From positions 372,001-436,000 of the forward strand of contig MCFH01000033.1 of the NCBI GenBank assembly GCA_002104945.1: 64,000 nt of DNA, written 5' to 3'. This document shows, in pieces, positions 34,924-48,003 of this stretch; the stretch's first letter is position 1, and each line of letters begins with the position of its first letter. A program made the position numbers and the translations under genes. The notes beneath the pieces were generated by a model, which made no database searches, was not told where the DNA came from, and was given only the letters and a program-made list of their open reading frames with translations. The DNA comes from Piromyces finnis finn. Taxonomy: Eukaryota > Fungi > Neocallimastigomycota.

Positions 34924-35958
34924 ATTTCTTTTTTTTTTTTTCTTTCTTTCTTTTAATTTATAACTTTTATCGTCGTCATTATTGTTTTACTATTTTAATT
35001 TATTTAACATCTTTTGTACAGTTATTCATGGACAGTTGAAGTAATATCAACCGTAAATGACAAGATGATACCATTTACAACTAAATAAATTTTATAAGTA
35101 AACATTAAAAAAAACCAATTTTTCATTTTTTATGAATTAATCCACCTTTTCAGGCATTCATGATAAAAATGGAAAGAAGTAAAAAAAAAAAAAAAACATT
35201 TCAAAAAGAAAAAAATATATAGTTATATCATACCATCCTATCATATATCAATAAATCTTTAAAAATTAACATATCATAAAGTAGTAAAAAAAAAAAATCT
35301 AAAACATAAAACAAAATATAAATTAATTATTAAACCACAAACAAAAAGCAAAACAAAAAGCAAAGCAAAAAAAAAACAGCAATATAAAATAAAACAAAAA
35401 TACGAATAAAATAAAAAATAAAAATTTTACATTTAAAAAAAGCATTTCACATGCAATGTAACGTTTAATGAGTATTTTTTTTTTTTTTTTTTTCGATGGT
35501 TAATATATCATTGTTTTTCAAAAAAAAATAATATTTTATTTTTGTTTTGTTTTGTTTTTCTTTTTTGCTTTCTAAAAAAAGAAAGTTTAAATATATTTAT
35601 TAATATATCATTAAATAGATAATAATTAAAAAAAAAAAAAATAAATAAATAAAAATAAATAAATAAAAATAATAATTTTTTAGTGTGTTTTATATTTTTT
35701 AAAAAAGTGTAATGTATTTATGAACCTCTCTAAGAAATAAATAGTATCTTTACATTTTAAAAAAAAAAAAAAAAGAGACAATATTGGTAATACTTTTAAT
35801 ATTTTATTAAAAATTCTATTTTTTTTTTAATAATTATGATAGTAATGGTATATAATATTCTTTTTTTTTTTTTTTTTTACTATGATAGACAGGCATTTAA
35901 ACCTCATGAATATTTTACAAAATAAATAAAAATAACATCTATTCAATATAATCAATAT

Positions 35959-36278
<320 letters not shown>

Positions 36279-39200
36279 TTATAAATGAAATTAGTTTTTT
36301 TAATAAAAAATATAAATTACAATTATTACATTGTTAAAAGTTTTTCTAGAAATCCATTTTATTTTATGATGATAAATAATTATAAAAAATTATATGTTTT
36401 TATATAAAACGTATTATTCATATTATAATTTATTGTTTCAAATAGTTAATATTAGATTTTTTTTTTTAATCTTTGAACTTTTAAATTTATTATATTTTAT
36501 ATTTATTTTTATGTTCATACTTAATGTTGTTAATATTATTGTTGTTGTTATAACTTTGCCTATTTCCTCTTTTTTCATGTTTATTATGTATATTTATTTA
36601 TTTGTTTATTCATTCATTCATCTATTTATTTGTTTATTTGTTTATTTATTTTATTATTTTATTCATTATTAGTGTTCCTATAGATTTTTCTCTTTTTTTT
36701 TTAGTATAAATAAAATGATTTTCATTCAATTAGTAATATATTACTGCCAAAAATATATATATGAACAATAATAATTATATAACAATAGTTCTTAACCATA
36801 TATTTATAACCATTTTACTTGTAATAAAAAAACTATATATTACTATATTAAATTACATATTATTATTGCTGTTGTTGTTGTTGTTGTTGTTGTTACATTA
36901 TTTTATACAGAAAAAAGGTAATTCAAGCTCAGTATATATACACTTTTAGAAAAGAAACTAAATTTCATTTCTATCCATTACTATGAAAATCATACACTAT
37001 TAAACTTAATTTAAAAAAAAAAAAGTAAAATAAAAGCAAGCTTTTTAATCAAAGACTCTTATCATATATATTATAATGGTATATATATATATATATATAT
37101 ATATAAATTCTAAGCCTAAACCTTCTTAAGATGCTTCCTTTTTTATTTTAATATGTATAAAAAAAGAAATATTAATTGTTAGTAAAATGAACATTGAGCA
37201 CTACTTTTAAAAAGATTTTTTATCATTACCACTTCCAATACTTTCTTCTCTCCCACACCTTTCCCACTAAATGAAATAACTTGACGTTGTTTTTTTATAG
37301 AAAAGATTTTAAAAAATTTTTTTAAAAATTTTTTATTTTTTCATTTAATAAGAAATAGAATTTAGAATATTCTAAGAATACATAGAAAATATAATAAATT
37401 AATTTTTTTGTGAAATAAAATTTGTAAATTAAAATAAAAATATATAAAATAAAATAAATAATAATAAAAGAAAGAAAGAAAGAAAGAAAGAAATGATGGA
37501 CAGATTTCATTAGTAAGAATAAATAAATATAGATGCATGAACAATAGAGAATAGTAAGGAATCATAATCAAAAAGTTTTAACAAAATAAGACTACTTTTA
37601 ATTATTAATAATCAAGTTAAAATTTCCTATTCACACTTTTCTTTTTTGAAAATAAAAAAAGAGATTATCTAATATATTTGATATAGTTTAATCTATGAAT
37701 CTAATATATTAAGTAATATATTATTTTTCTTTGTTTTAAATAATAATATATTATTAATATTAAATATATATTGACTTTCAATAGCTAATTATAAATTTAA
37801 TATATATTTTATATTAAAAAAATAAATGATCTCTTGGTAATTCAATAGAAAATGTAATATAAAATAATAAATAGAATTAATTTATTAGAATTTAATATAA
37901 TATATATAATATTATACTTTATATTTTAAAATTTTAAAAACTTTATTTAATATAAATGGTTAGGTTATTAAAAAGTCTACTTTTTTTTATTAATAAAAAT
38001 GGTTTGGTTGCTGTATTTGATGGTTAAATTCTTTAACTATTTAGTATGCTTTACTATTATTATTTTTAAATATATCAACATCATCTTGTAGTAAAAAAAA
38101 AAAAGATTGAAACATAAATACTTTACAATAGCTTAAATAAAAAAAACTATACAACACAATAAAATAAATATAAAAGTTTTTTATTAGTTCCTTTTAATAA
38201 AACCAAACATTTTATTCTTTTTTTTTTTCACCAGAGGATGATCATCATCATGATTAAATAGACACATATTCAATCTATTTTACTCTCAAAAGAATACTAT
38301 TGAAATACAATTAGAAAATTGTATTTATTAGCTCTTTTTATGTCAACTCTAAAAAAGAGATATCTTTATAAAGGATGCATTATTTTTACTACACTTTTTA
38401 CATTTTATGCTCTATATCATTAAATAAGAAAAAGGTTTTTTATATAAAATTTTTTGATTCGCTTTTTTAATTGAAAGCCTTTTTTTTTTTAAAAAAAAAA
38501 AAAAGCGAATGATTTAAAAGTTTACTGGCAAATACTTTTTTTTTTTCTGTATGCAATGGTGGAAGATTCAGTTGTTGAGGTAAAGTTTCCTACTGCCAAC
38601 TTTTCCTTTTCATTAGTAATACTTGTCATACAGAACGAAAAAAAGATTTATCTAAATGAGAATTTAACATAAAATTATGTTAAAAAGTCACACTCTATTT
38701 ATCGTGACTTTTTAATATATAGTAGAATATTAAAATTTTAATAGAAACAGTAATAATAATAGTAACTTTAATAATAAATTTAAATTTTATTAGAAATTAA
38801 TATAAATATATATATATTATTATTATACTTTAATATAATGAAAATACAATTTATTATTTATAAACAATACATTTTAAACTTTATTAGAATAAATTATTTC
38901 AATATATTCACAATCTACTATTAATAATTTAATTGATAAAAATAACCTTTATAAACTGAAAGGATTAGGTTTTACTATATTTTATTATCAAAAAATTAAA
39001 AATTTTAGGGTTGAATTGCTCTGAGGCTAAAGTTCCTTTTTTTTTTTTTTTATTAAAGTTTATAGAGAAAATTCTGAAAAAATTTTAAAACTAATATAAA
39101 AACAACGAAAAAAACCTTCAAAAAATAATTAATTAATTATTATTATTATTATTATTATTATAAAAAAAATAATTAAATATAAAAAGGAAAGGATTTATAA

Positions 39201-39683
39201 TATTTATTTGAAAAAAAAAAATAAAACAAAAATATACCTTTTTTTTAAACTGAAAGAGTAGATACAATTGAATATTTCAATATTTTTTAATTTATAAACA
39301 AACAAACAAACAAAAAATGATAATAAATTAAAACAAAAACAAAAACAAAAAAAAGCTAAACAGGAAAAGGAACAAACTACCGTGAACAATAATAAATATA
39401 TTAAAAAAAAAAAAAAAAAAAATCCAAAAACAATTTTGATTATGAAAAATTTATCTGTAACATATTGAATATATTTTTAATTCAGAAATTAAATTTATAT
39501 ATAGATACTACAATTTAATTAAAATATACTTTTTTAAATGTTAAAGTTTTCATAAACCAGTACATTAATTTAAAAAAAATAAATTATATTAATAAATAGT
39601 ATAACATTTTTGAAAAAAAAAAAAACGAAAAACGAAAAACCAACAATAAAATAATTACAATATATAATAATAAAGAAAAAAAA

Positions 39684-41105
39684 ATGGAACCAATATTTCA
39701 AAAATTACCATTATATTCTACTCAAAATGATGCTTCTAATGAGGCTATCATAAATGAAATAAAAGAAAATAGCTTACGTTATAAATCTTTTAATAAAAAT
39801 GAAATAAAATATTTATACAATACTTTAATAGATAATTGTATTTATTTCTTAGAAACTACTTATGAAAGCCTTTATGCTTCTTCCTATACCTTTAGTCACC
39901 ATGAATTTCATACCTTTGCTGAAGAAGTCATACGTAAGGCAAGAATTACTATCCCTCTTCTTTACAGTATAATGTATTGTATTAAAAGATTTAGAACTTC
40001 AGTCAAAAAATGTCCAAAAATAATCTTGGGTTTAAATCAAGGAGTTTCTATTAAAGAACCAAAAGATCTTTATAAAATTTTTGTAACCGCTGCGGTCCTT
40101 TCTTTAAAATTTTTTAATGACCGTGTCATATTAAATGTAGAATGGACTAAGTTTATAGATATTACGGTGGAAGAAATTAATTTGTGTGAACGTCAATTTT
40201 TCAAATTCATCGACTATAATTTAAACTTGAATAGTAAGAATTACTACGTTTTTATTAATGATTACTTAAATAAATTTAATAACAAGTCAGCACTTCCATC
40301 CAAACCATCTTTTAAATCTTACTCTACACCTTCATTATCTTCCTCCCACGATTGTGAACTCCAACCTGTCATTACAATCAATAATCAAATATCAAATAAT
40401 CAACAAAAATTTTCTAATACGCCTTTTAATGCTCATTTATCTCAACCAAATGTTAACAGAGGCAATACTAGTAATACATTTCTTTCCATAACCCCAACTC
40501 CTTCACTTTGTAGTCAATCATCACCATATACCAACACCGTTGATGGAAACGGTGACAAACCATTGACACCAAATGAAATTTATATGGAATATAATCAACA
40601 AAATCAGCAACACTGTTTATACAGTGATCCAATGAACGTTGATGAAAATATGTCTCCACAAAAATCACAATATGATAATTTTAACTCTAATATAAAAATT
40701 AATAGAAAAGATACTCAACGTACCCTTTGTAATGATACTCAAACTACACCTTTCAATGAACCTAATAATTTCCAAAATATTAAAAGAAATGATACTCAAA
40801 GCACTCTTTGCAATGAAAGTAATTTATTAATTAATACTAATGAAAATATAGCCATTTGTAATGAACCAACAGCATATTCAACATACTTTCCAATAAATTC
40901 TCCTAATGACAATGATAATATCAATTGTCATGAATATCATCCATCCGAAGACGAAATTCTTCGCGAACATCTTAATAATAATACAGAAATACCATTAAAT
41001 AAATTATTATATAATCTTCATCATTATCAAATGAAAATGAACCAACAAAATAGTAATCAATATTCAAGTATGCAATCTATTTACTTAACAGTAGTTAATA
41101 AATAA
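39684..41105 (+). CDS. PCL/Pho80-type cyclin
   Basis: Cyclin-box-like segment EEVIRKARITIPLLYSIMYCIKRF...IFVTAAVLSLKFFND...NVEWTKF...EINLCERQFFKFIDYNL, followed by a long S/P/N-rich tail. Confidence 0.8.
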   Translation: MEPIFQKLPLYSTQNDASNEAIINEIKENSLRYKSFNKNEIKYLYNTLIDNCIYFLETTYESLYASSYTFSHHEFHTFAEEVIRKARITIPLLYSIMYCIKRFRTSVKKCPKIILGLNQGVSIKEPKDLYKIFVTAAVLSLKFFNDRVILNVEWTKFIDITVEEINLCERQFFKFIDYNLNLNSKNYYVFINDYLNKFNNKSALPSKPSFKSYSTPSLSSSHDCELQPVITINNQISNNQQKFSNTPFNAHLSQPNVNRGNTSNTFLSITPTPSLCSQSSPYTNTVDGNGDKPLTPNEIYMEYNQQNQQHCLYSDPMNVDENMSPQKSQYDNFNSNIKINRKDTQRTLCNDTQTTPFNEPNNFQNIKRNDTQSTLCNESNLLINTNENIAICNEPTAYSTYFPINSPNDNDNINCHEYHPSEDEILREHLNNNTEIPLNKLLYNLHHYQMKMNQQNSNQYSSMQSIYLTVVNK

Positions 41106-42139
41106 TAATGATATGTCTTTTTTTTTAGATTTTTTTTTTTTTTTTTTTGCTTAAAAGAAATATTAACTATTATTGTAGTTTTGAATTTCTTTATTTTTTT
41201 TTCCTTAAAAAAAAAAAAAAAAAGAATAAGAAAGTAAAAAAGAAAAATATTTTTCATACTAAAATATTATCATTTCATCAAAAAAAAAAAAATCTTATTT
41301 CAATATATTATTCATATATATCATCAATTAATATAGCATATAAAATAGTATCAATTCATTAAGAATAGATAAATATATATTTTTTATTTTTAAAAACAAT
41401 ACCTTTTCATTTTTAATCTGTTAACTTCATCCTATACATCATATATATCCTATATCCATAATTATTATATTTATTATTATATTATTCATTCATAATTATA
41501 AATTTAAAAGGAATAACTATCCATATACTAATAGTGTTATTACATTAATATCTTATTTAAAAAAAAGAAAAAAGAAAATAAAATCAAAATCAAATAATAA
41601 TAAAGAATAATTTTATATTTTGTTTGTTTTTAATTTTTTTAATTTTTTTTTTTAATCTTTTCTTTTCATTTATTATGGTCAAAAAGACATATCATCATTA
41701 TCCATTATATTTATAAATAAACATTCAATATTTATTGAATATATATAAACATATCCTATAAACGATTTTACTAACAACATTTTTTATATTTTATTATTTA
41801 TTTTTATATTATATTATGTAAATTTTAAAGATAACGAAAAAAGTGCCTGTCAAGTAAAAAATTAAAAGTGTCAAAAAAAAAAAAAAAACTATGCTAATAA
41901 AAATTATTTTGCTAAAATATTAGATCTATTGGGAGTTAAAGATTATAAATACTGTTAAAGAAAGGGACTTTATTGATAACTATTTTCAATAAATTATCAA
42001 AATAAGAATAAAAATTGTTTTAATACTTATGAAGTTAAAAGCAAAAAATTTTAATTAACAAGTATTAAATATCAAAAAAAAAAAAAGGTATATTCATACT
42101 AACAATTCTCATTTTATTCAAATTTATAAATTAAGAAGG

Positions 42140-42174
<35 letters not shown>

Positions 42175-42765
42175 TTTACCGTCTAAATCATTAATCAATA
42201 TTGTTTTTTTTTTTTTTTTTTTTTATGGAATGAAATAATATTAAATAATATTAAAAATAGATTAATATTAAAAAAAAAAAAAAAAAAAAGAAAAAACGTC
42301 TAATCAAAAATCATAAATTATAAATAATTTAAATATTAAAAAATAATAAATTTTAAAATAAAATAAAAAAAATTCAAAATAATAATAATAATAATTAATT
42401 AATTAGTTAAAAAAAAAAAAAAGAAAAAGAAAAAAAGTAATATTTTTATAATATTATTGTTAATAAAAAACTTTGATTTTTATAACTAATAATATTATAT
42501 GAAACAAAAGAAACTTTTAAAAAAAATCTGAATATCACATCGATTTTTTGTTCCTCAAGAAAAAAAACAAGACTAGTTTAATTTTGAGCAGTTTAATACA
42601 TATAACTACACAAAACATATTTTCATATGAGTGAATAAGTTATATATATATAAACTGTTGAAGGCCCATTATTAAACTGGTAAAAATATTCTTATCAATT
42701 TAATAACAGAATTTCAATATATTTAATTAGTTTAGTTTTTCGAGGTTTTTCAAAAAGATAAAAGA

Positions 42766-44754
42766 AGTTTAGTAGGTTGATTTCTTGACTGAGATTTTGT
42801 ATATCGTTTCGAGATTTCTTGAATTACTAAGTTAATTTGAGTATAATGAAATATTAATTAACATTCAAAGGCTTTTAACACCTTATGAATGGTCAACTAA
42901 TAAGCTATCAGAGTCAGATTTCTTATTTAGTTTGTCTAGAACAATAGTCGATGTATTAGATCTTCGTAATTTTTTATTAGTTTCTTCTTCTATTTGTTCA
43001 TTGGGATGAGTTCGTTTAGGCGATTTAGGTGTTTCATCAACACCTGATTCTACCTGATCATCTATTAAAACTAAATAGTGTTCACCACTCTTCCCATTTT
43101 TATAGTTTTCTATAAAATTTTTATGGTTTTGGTAAAGGTATCCTATAATACCTTTATCATCCGCATTAACCATAAAGCGTTCATATATAATATCAAAACA
43201 TAAGATTAATAGGCTGACTTTTTTATTTCTATCTTTACAATCTTCTATTTTAGTAATAATAGTATTAATATTAATAGTATTTAATTTTTCATCACAATCT
43301 ATTTTGTTGTTTTTTAACTCTTTTAATAATTTCTCTTCGAGTTTTTGCTGCTCAGAATTTTGCCCGAGCTCACCCTTTTCTTTCATTATTTCTTCAAGGA
43401 ATACGAACAATTTTCCTCCATTTTTCTTTTCAAATTCTAACAATTCATTAATTATATCTATCTTTTGTTTCTTTTCGTAAAAACCCTTATATGGCATTTC
43501 TCCTTCCTTTTCATTATTTTTTCTTTGACGGCCTCTTCCAGTTTCTAATGAAACTTTGACTTTAAATACTTCCGTTTTCTTATCTTCCTTCATAAATAAT
43601 ATATTAATTTTATTATAACAAGTTTTTTTGTTTTTCCCTTTAAATGGAAAAGAGATGTCAAATTTCTTTTTATCAATAAAATTAGCTTCAATGAAATTTA
43701 AATCATCTTTGCAACTTTCATCTCTAATATTATAAAATGATCCTTTTTCTGATTTATCTGAAAAGATTTCATGCTTTTCGTTTAGTATGATCCTTATAAA
43801 TTTAACATTTGAAAATATTCCATTCTGATTTTCTATACAAAGTTTAAATTCTCTTTTTTCTTTATACTCATGATCACCTTTATAAACGATTTTCGCCTCT
43901 TTTTCGTCAGGTAACTTGCTACCAGGTAAAGATATAATTTTTAGTACAGAATTATATTTTTCCTTTACAGAATTCTTACTCTTCCTTTTAACATTTTCTT
44001 TCTTATTGTTATTATTTTCTTCATAATTATTTTGAGCACCTTTATCATTAGAGAAATTCGAATTTTTAAAAGACTTGCAATCATTTGAATCATTTTCAGC
44101 AATAGGATTATTCATGTTTCCATTATTTTTAATAATACATGGAATACTTTTCGTACTAATTAATCTTGTTGGAACAATATTTGGTTGATAATTATTATTA
44201 TTACTAATATCAGGATAATGAGTATTAGACTCATTGTCTTCTGAATTATTACTACGATAATCATTACCACCATGATTGATTCCTTTATTAATTAAATAAT
44301 TATATTGATTAATATTCCATTGAGTAGTATTATCGAGAATAGGAGCATTAAAAATAAATCTATTACTATCGGAAGGTGATTCAAGATTGAAACTATTTAA
44401 TTCGGATTGCAATTGATTAGGATAACGAGAAGGATAATTTTGAATACTTTTTTGTTTCATCACTGGCATATTTTGAACGAAACTAGGAACCAATAGAATT
44501 TGTTGAACTGGATTTTGTTGAACTGGAATTTGTTGAACTGGAATTTGAAAGACATGCTCAACAGGAGTACGATGTTCCAAGTTTTGATTAATACAAGGAA
44601 GGGATAAATAAGTCATAGTTTGATTATTGCGCTTTCCCTGAATTGAATTAGAAAGTGAGGAATAATTAAAACCATTCTTTCTTTGATAATTATTATACTC
44701 ATTTAACAGTGTTGCCATTTGAATACTCATTCTTAAAAATCAGCCTACTAAACT
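42766..44754. repeat. 18-bp inverted repeat pair (17/18) bracketing the 615-aa ORF
   Basis: AGTTTAGTAGGTTGATTT at 42766-42783 and AAATCAGCCTACTAAACT at 44737-44754. Imperfect similarity extends to about 33 bp. No TSD seen. Confidence 0.65.
42883..44730 (-). CDS. Hypothetical 615-aa protein; possible DNA-binding/transcription factor-like
   Basis: Long intronless ORF. Q/P/N-rich N-terminus, central beta-strand-patterned region ending FKVKVSLETGRGRQRK, helical C-terminal region, basic NLS-like KKLRR. No family firmly recognised. Confidence 0.7.
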   Translation of the reverse strand: MSIQMATLLNEYNNYQRKNGFNYSSLSNSIQGKRNNQTMTYLSLPCINQNLEHRTPVEHVFQIPVQQIPVQQNPVQQILLVPSFVQNMPVMKQKSIQNYPSRYPNQLQSELNSFNLESPSDSNRFIFNAPILDNTTQWNINQYNYLINKGINHGGNDYRSNNSEDNESNTHYPDISNNNNYQPNIVPTRLISTKSIPCIIKNNGNMNNPIAENDSNDCKSFKNSNFSNDKGAQNNYEENNNNKKENVKRKSKNSVKEKYNSVLKIISLPGSKLPDEKEAKIVYKGDHEYKEKREFKLCIENQNGIFSNVKFIRIILNEKHEIFSDKSEKGSFYNIRDESCKDDLNFIEANFIDKKKFDISFPFKGKNKKTCYNKINILFMKEDKKTEVFKVKVSLETGRGRQRKNNEKEGEMPYKGFYEKKQKIDIINELLEFEKKNGGKLFVFLEEIMKEKGELGQNSEQQKLEEKLLKELKNNKIDCDEKLNTININTIITKIEDCKDRNKKVSLLILCFDIIYERFMVNADDKGIIGYLYQNHKNFIENYKNGKSGEHYLVLIDDQVESGVDETPKSPKRTHPNEQIEEETNKKLRRSNTSTIVLDKLNKKSDSDSLLVDHS

Positions 44755-46629
44755 GTTACATTGATATAAAAATAATTATTATTAAATTAATAATTTTATA
44801 TTTAATTTTTATTAAATAATAATATATTATTAATAAATTACCTTCTTTTATGTTTTGAATGGTTTGAAAAATAAATTAATTTAAGGGTTTTTTATACGCA
44901 TCATGAAAAATAAAGTTTTTTGGTTTTATAATGTTAATATATATTATATTAAATTAATGAAAAAGTTTAATAAATAGTAATACAAAAAAATAGTACTCCA
45001 TAAATAAAACTTTTAAATATTTTTCCCTATAAAAATGACAAAAGTGGTCATTATTTCTTTTTCTTTTATAACAATAAAAGTATTAAACGAATTAAAATGG
45101 TTTACATTGCATATTATTTCTATTTAAAAAAAAAAAAAATCAAACTCCGCTTAATAAAAAAAAAAGGAAAGGAAAGAAATGGAAAATAAAAGAAAATAAA
45201 GAAATAATACAACAATAAATTTTAATTATAACAATAATAATGATATAATACATAAAAAATAAAAATTATTATTATTATTATTATTAATGTTTTTTCTTTT
45301 TTATACTCTTGTAATTTTAAACATAAAATTAATGAAATTTTATTAAAAATTGTTATAATAAATAAAGTTTAAAAAATTTTTATATATTAAATATATTAAA
45401 TATATATAATTTAAACTTTTAAAATAAGTTTAATATTGCTTTATTCACCCTCTATATTTTATAGTTATAAATAAATAGTATAAATATTTCTTTTTTAATG
45501 ATAACCTATTTTTTTATTTAGTTAGTTTATTAATTAAAAAAAATAAATGTGTAAAAAAAGTGGTACAACGCATTACAAGAATTTAAAGAAGTTAAAATAA
45601 GCTGCAAAGGATTATAACTTTTTTGAAATTCATATTTACTTATATAAATTATTATTATTAAAATTGATATACATTATTTTATTGTATCGATGTAAAAATA
45701 ATAAATAGCTTTTAAACTATTAAAAAAAAAAAAATTGAATACCTTTATATAACTCTATATTTTATTTACTTTTAATAACTTATAGGTTGACTATAAATAT
45801 TCTATTAAATAATAAAGTATTTAATTATTAAATATATTTAATTTTTTTTTATATTAAAAAAAGAAAAAGAAGAAGATAAATAATGAATAATAAATATTAA
45901 TAATAGTTAATTACTTAATGAATTTTGAATTTTTTATAAGTTTATATTTAATAACTTTATTTGGTTTTGCTATGGTAAATTTATATATATAAATGTATTT
46001 AAAGGAAAACATCAAAAAACAATATTATAGGAATAAAATTAACCGGAAATACTAATTTACAAGCTTTTCTTTTTTTTTTTTTTTTTTTTTTTTCTTTTTG
46101 CTAATAAAAAAAATTAATAATAAATAATATTTTATTCTTTTTATTAAAGGGTTATAGGTATATATTTAATAAAATCCGTTAAAATCTAATCCTTTTATGA
46201 AAAATTTTATTATGCATTAGCAATATTTCATTACTATTTATTTATTTAATCTATAACATTACCTATTATAAAAATAGAATTATTAAATAAGTAATTAACT
46301 ATGTTTTTTTGTTATTATACCAAGTAAAAAGGAAAAAAATTAACCAATTAAAGCTTTTTTTTTAATTTATATAAAACTGAAATGAAGAAATAAATTTAAA
46401 AAAAAAGTATTTTTCATATTGTTTTTATTATTGATTTATTATTAACATGTTATAAATTTAAAATTTATATTATTTTTTAAAATCGATAAGGATATATAAT
46501 TTTTTTAATTATTTTTGAATATACATAAGTAATATACATTAATTATATTTTATTATTTATTTTTTTAAAAGTTTTTTTTTTTTTTTTTTTTTTTTAAAGT
46601 TTCTTTCTACAATATTTTTAATATTAGAA

Positions 46630-48003
46630 TTAACAATTATTTTTAATGCTGCACCAATTTCCGTCAAGAACACCCCAGCGACTACCATCTTCTTCAGTTA
46701 AAAATACATCACAAGTTGGACAACATGGATAATCAGGATAGAATGCACATGAGTCTTTAGCTGATTTTAATGCTTCACATTTTGATGGAATACCACACCA
46801 TTCACCATTTTCAGAACCCCATTCTTGACCATCATTAAGAACAACGTAACAACTATTCTTACAACATGGATAATCTGGTTCTGACCAACATTTTTCATCC
46901 TTTAAAGATGGATTATTTTGATTTAAAGAACTTGAAAGTACCTTGTAGATTTCACCGATAGCTTCATCTCTAAAGACTAATGTTTTGCGGTTAAAATGTT
47001 CACCATTATCCCATAAGAATGGACACATACCAGAATTAAGTGAAGTTTCAGCAACAGTTTTTAAGAATTTATGAACACTATTAATATCCTTATTTTTGGT
47101 AACAGTACCATATTCACCAATAACTACTGGAATACCATTATCGACAAAACGTGTTTTTATTTTTTTGAAATCGTTAAGAAGATATTCAACTTCACTTTCT
47201 GATCCCCAAGTTGGTTGGGCTTTACCCCAATCAGCATCTTCTTCAAGAATAGTGAAGGTAGAAGGGGTATAATAATGAACAGAAACCATAACACGATCAT
47301 CTTTTGGAACAACATAAGCTTCATCAATAGTTAGATCAATATCAGTACAATAACCAGCTAAAAGTAAATGTCTTTCCGTATTATTACCACCTGAATTACG
47401 AACAATATCAACAAAATTTTGATTCATTTCATTTAAAAGACCATATGCTTTTGATTTGTCTCCTTGATTAGACCAACGATTCCAAACAGTATTCCAACAA
47501 CCTTCTTCATTTAATGATTCGAAAATTAAATTCTCATTAACATCTTTGAAATAATCTGATATTTGTTCCCAAATTCTTCTATATTTAGTGAAGGATTCTT
47601 CTTCTTTTGTAGCAAAATTTTCAAACCAACCATTATCCCAGTGAATGTTCATAATAGCATACATATCATTATTAATAATGTAATTAACAATTTCTTTTGC
47701 TCTAGCAAGTAATAATGGATTTATAGTATAATCAGAAGCAATAAGGTTACTCCAAGCTACTGGAACACGGATTGATTTAAATCCATAGCTTTTAATACCT
47801 TTTATCATTTCTTCAGTAGTTTCTGGATTACCCCATGAAGTTTCATATTGTTTAACAGTACTACCATTAATCCAGTCACCACATGCTTCTAAAGTGTTAC
47901 CTAAATTCCAACCAACACCCATATCTTTAATAAGTTCTTGTACGGTCATAGCATAAGTTGTGCTAATACCACCTAATATAGTTAAAATATTTACTAACTT
48001 CAT
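46630..48003 (-). CDS. GH5 endoglucanase (GH5_4-like) with two C-terminal fungal dockerin (CBM10-type) modules
   Basis: Signal peptide; GWNLGNTLE, SWGNP, IRVPVAW, NIHWD, acid/base FESLNEE, VHYY, nucleophile IGEYG, LWDNG. Two C..YPCC...WG.E/L.G.WC dockerin repeats. Intronless. Confidence 0.95.
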   Translation of the reverse strand: MKLVNILTILGGISTTYAMTVQELIKDMGVGWNLGNTLEACGDWINGSTVKQYETSWGNPETTEEMIKGIKSYGFKSIRVPVAWSNLIASDYTINPLLLARAKEIVNYIINNDMYAIMNIHWDNGWFENFATKEEESFTKYRRIWEQISDYFKDVNENLIFESLNEEGCWNTVWNRWSNQGDKSKAYGLLNEMNQNFVDIVRNSGGNNTERHLLLAGYCTDIDLTIDEAYVVPKDDRVMVSVHYYTPSTFTILEEDADWGKAQPTWGSESEVEYLLNDFKKIKTRFVDNGIPVVIGEYGTVTKNKDINSVHKFLKTVAETSLNSGMCPFLWDNGEHFNRKTLVFRDEAIGEIYKVLSSSLNQNNPSLKDEKCWSEPDYPCCKNSCYVVLNDGQEWGSENGEWCGIPSKCEALKSAKDSCAFYPDYPCCPTCDVFLTEEDGSRWGVLDGNWCSIKNNC

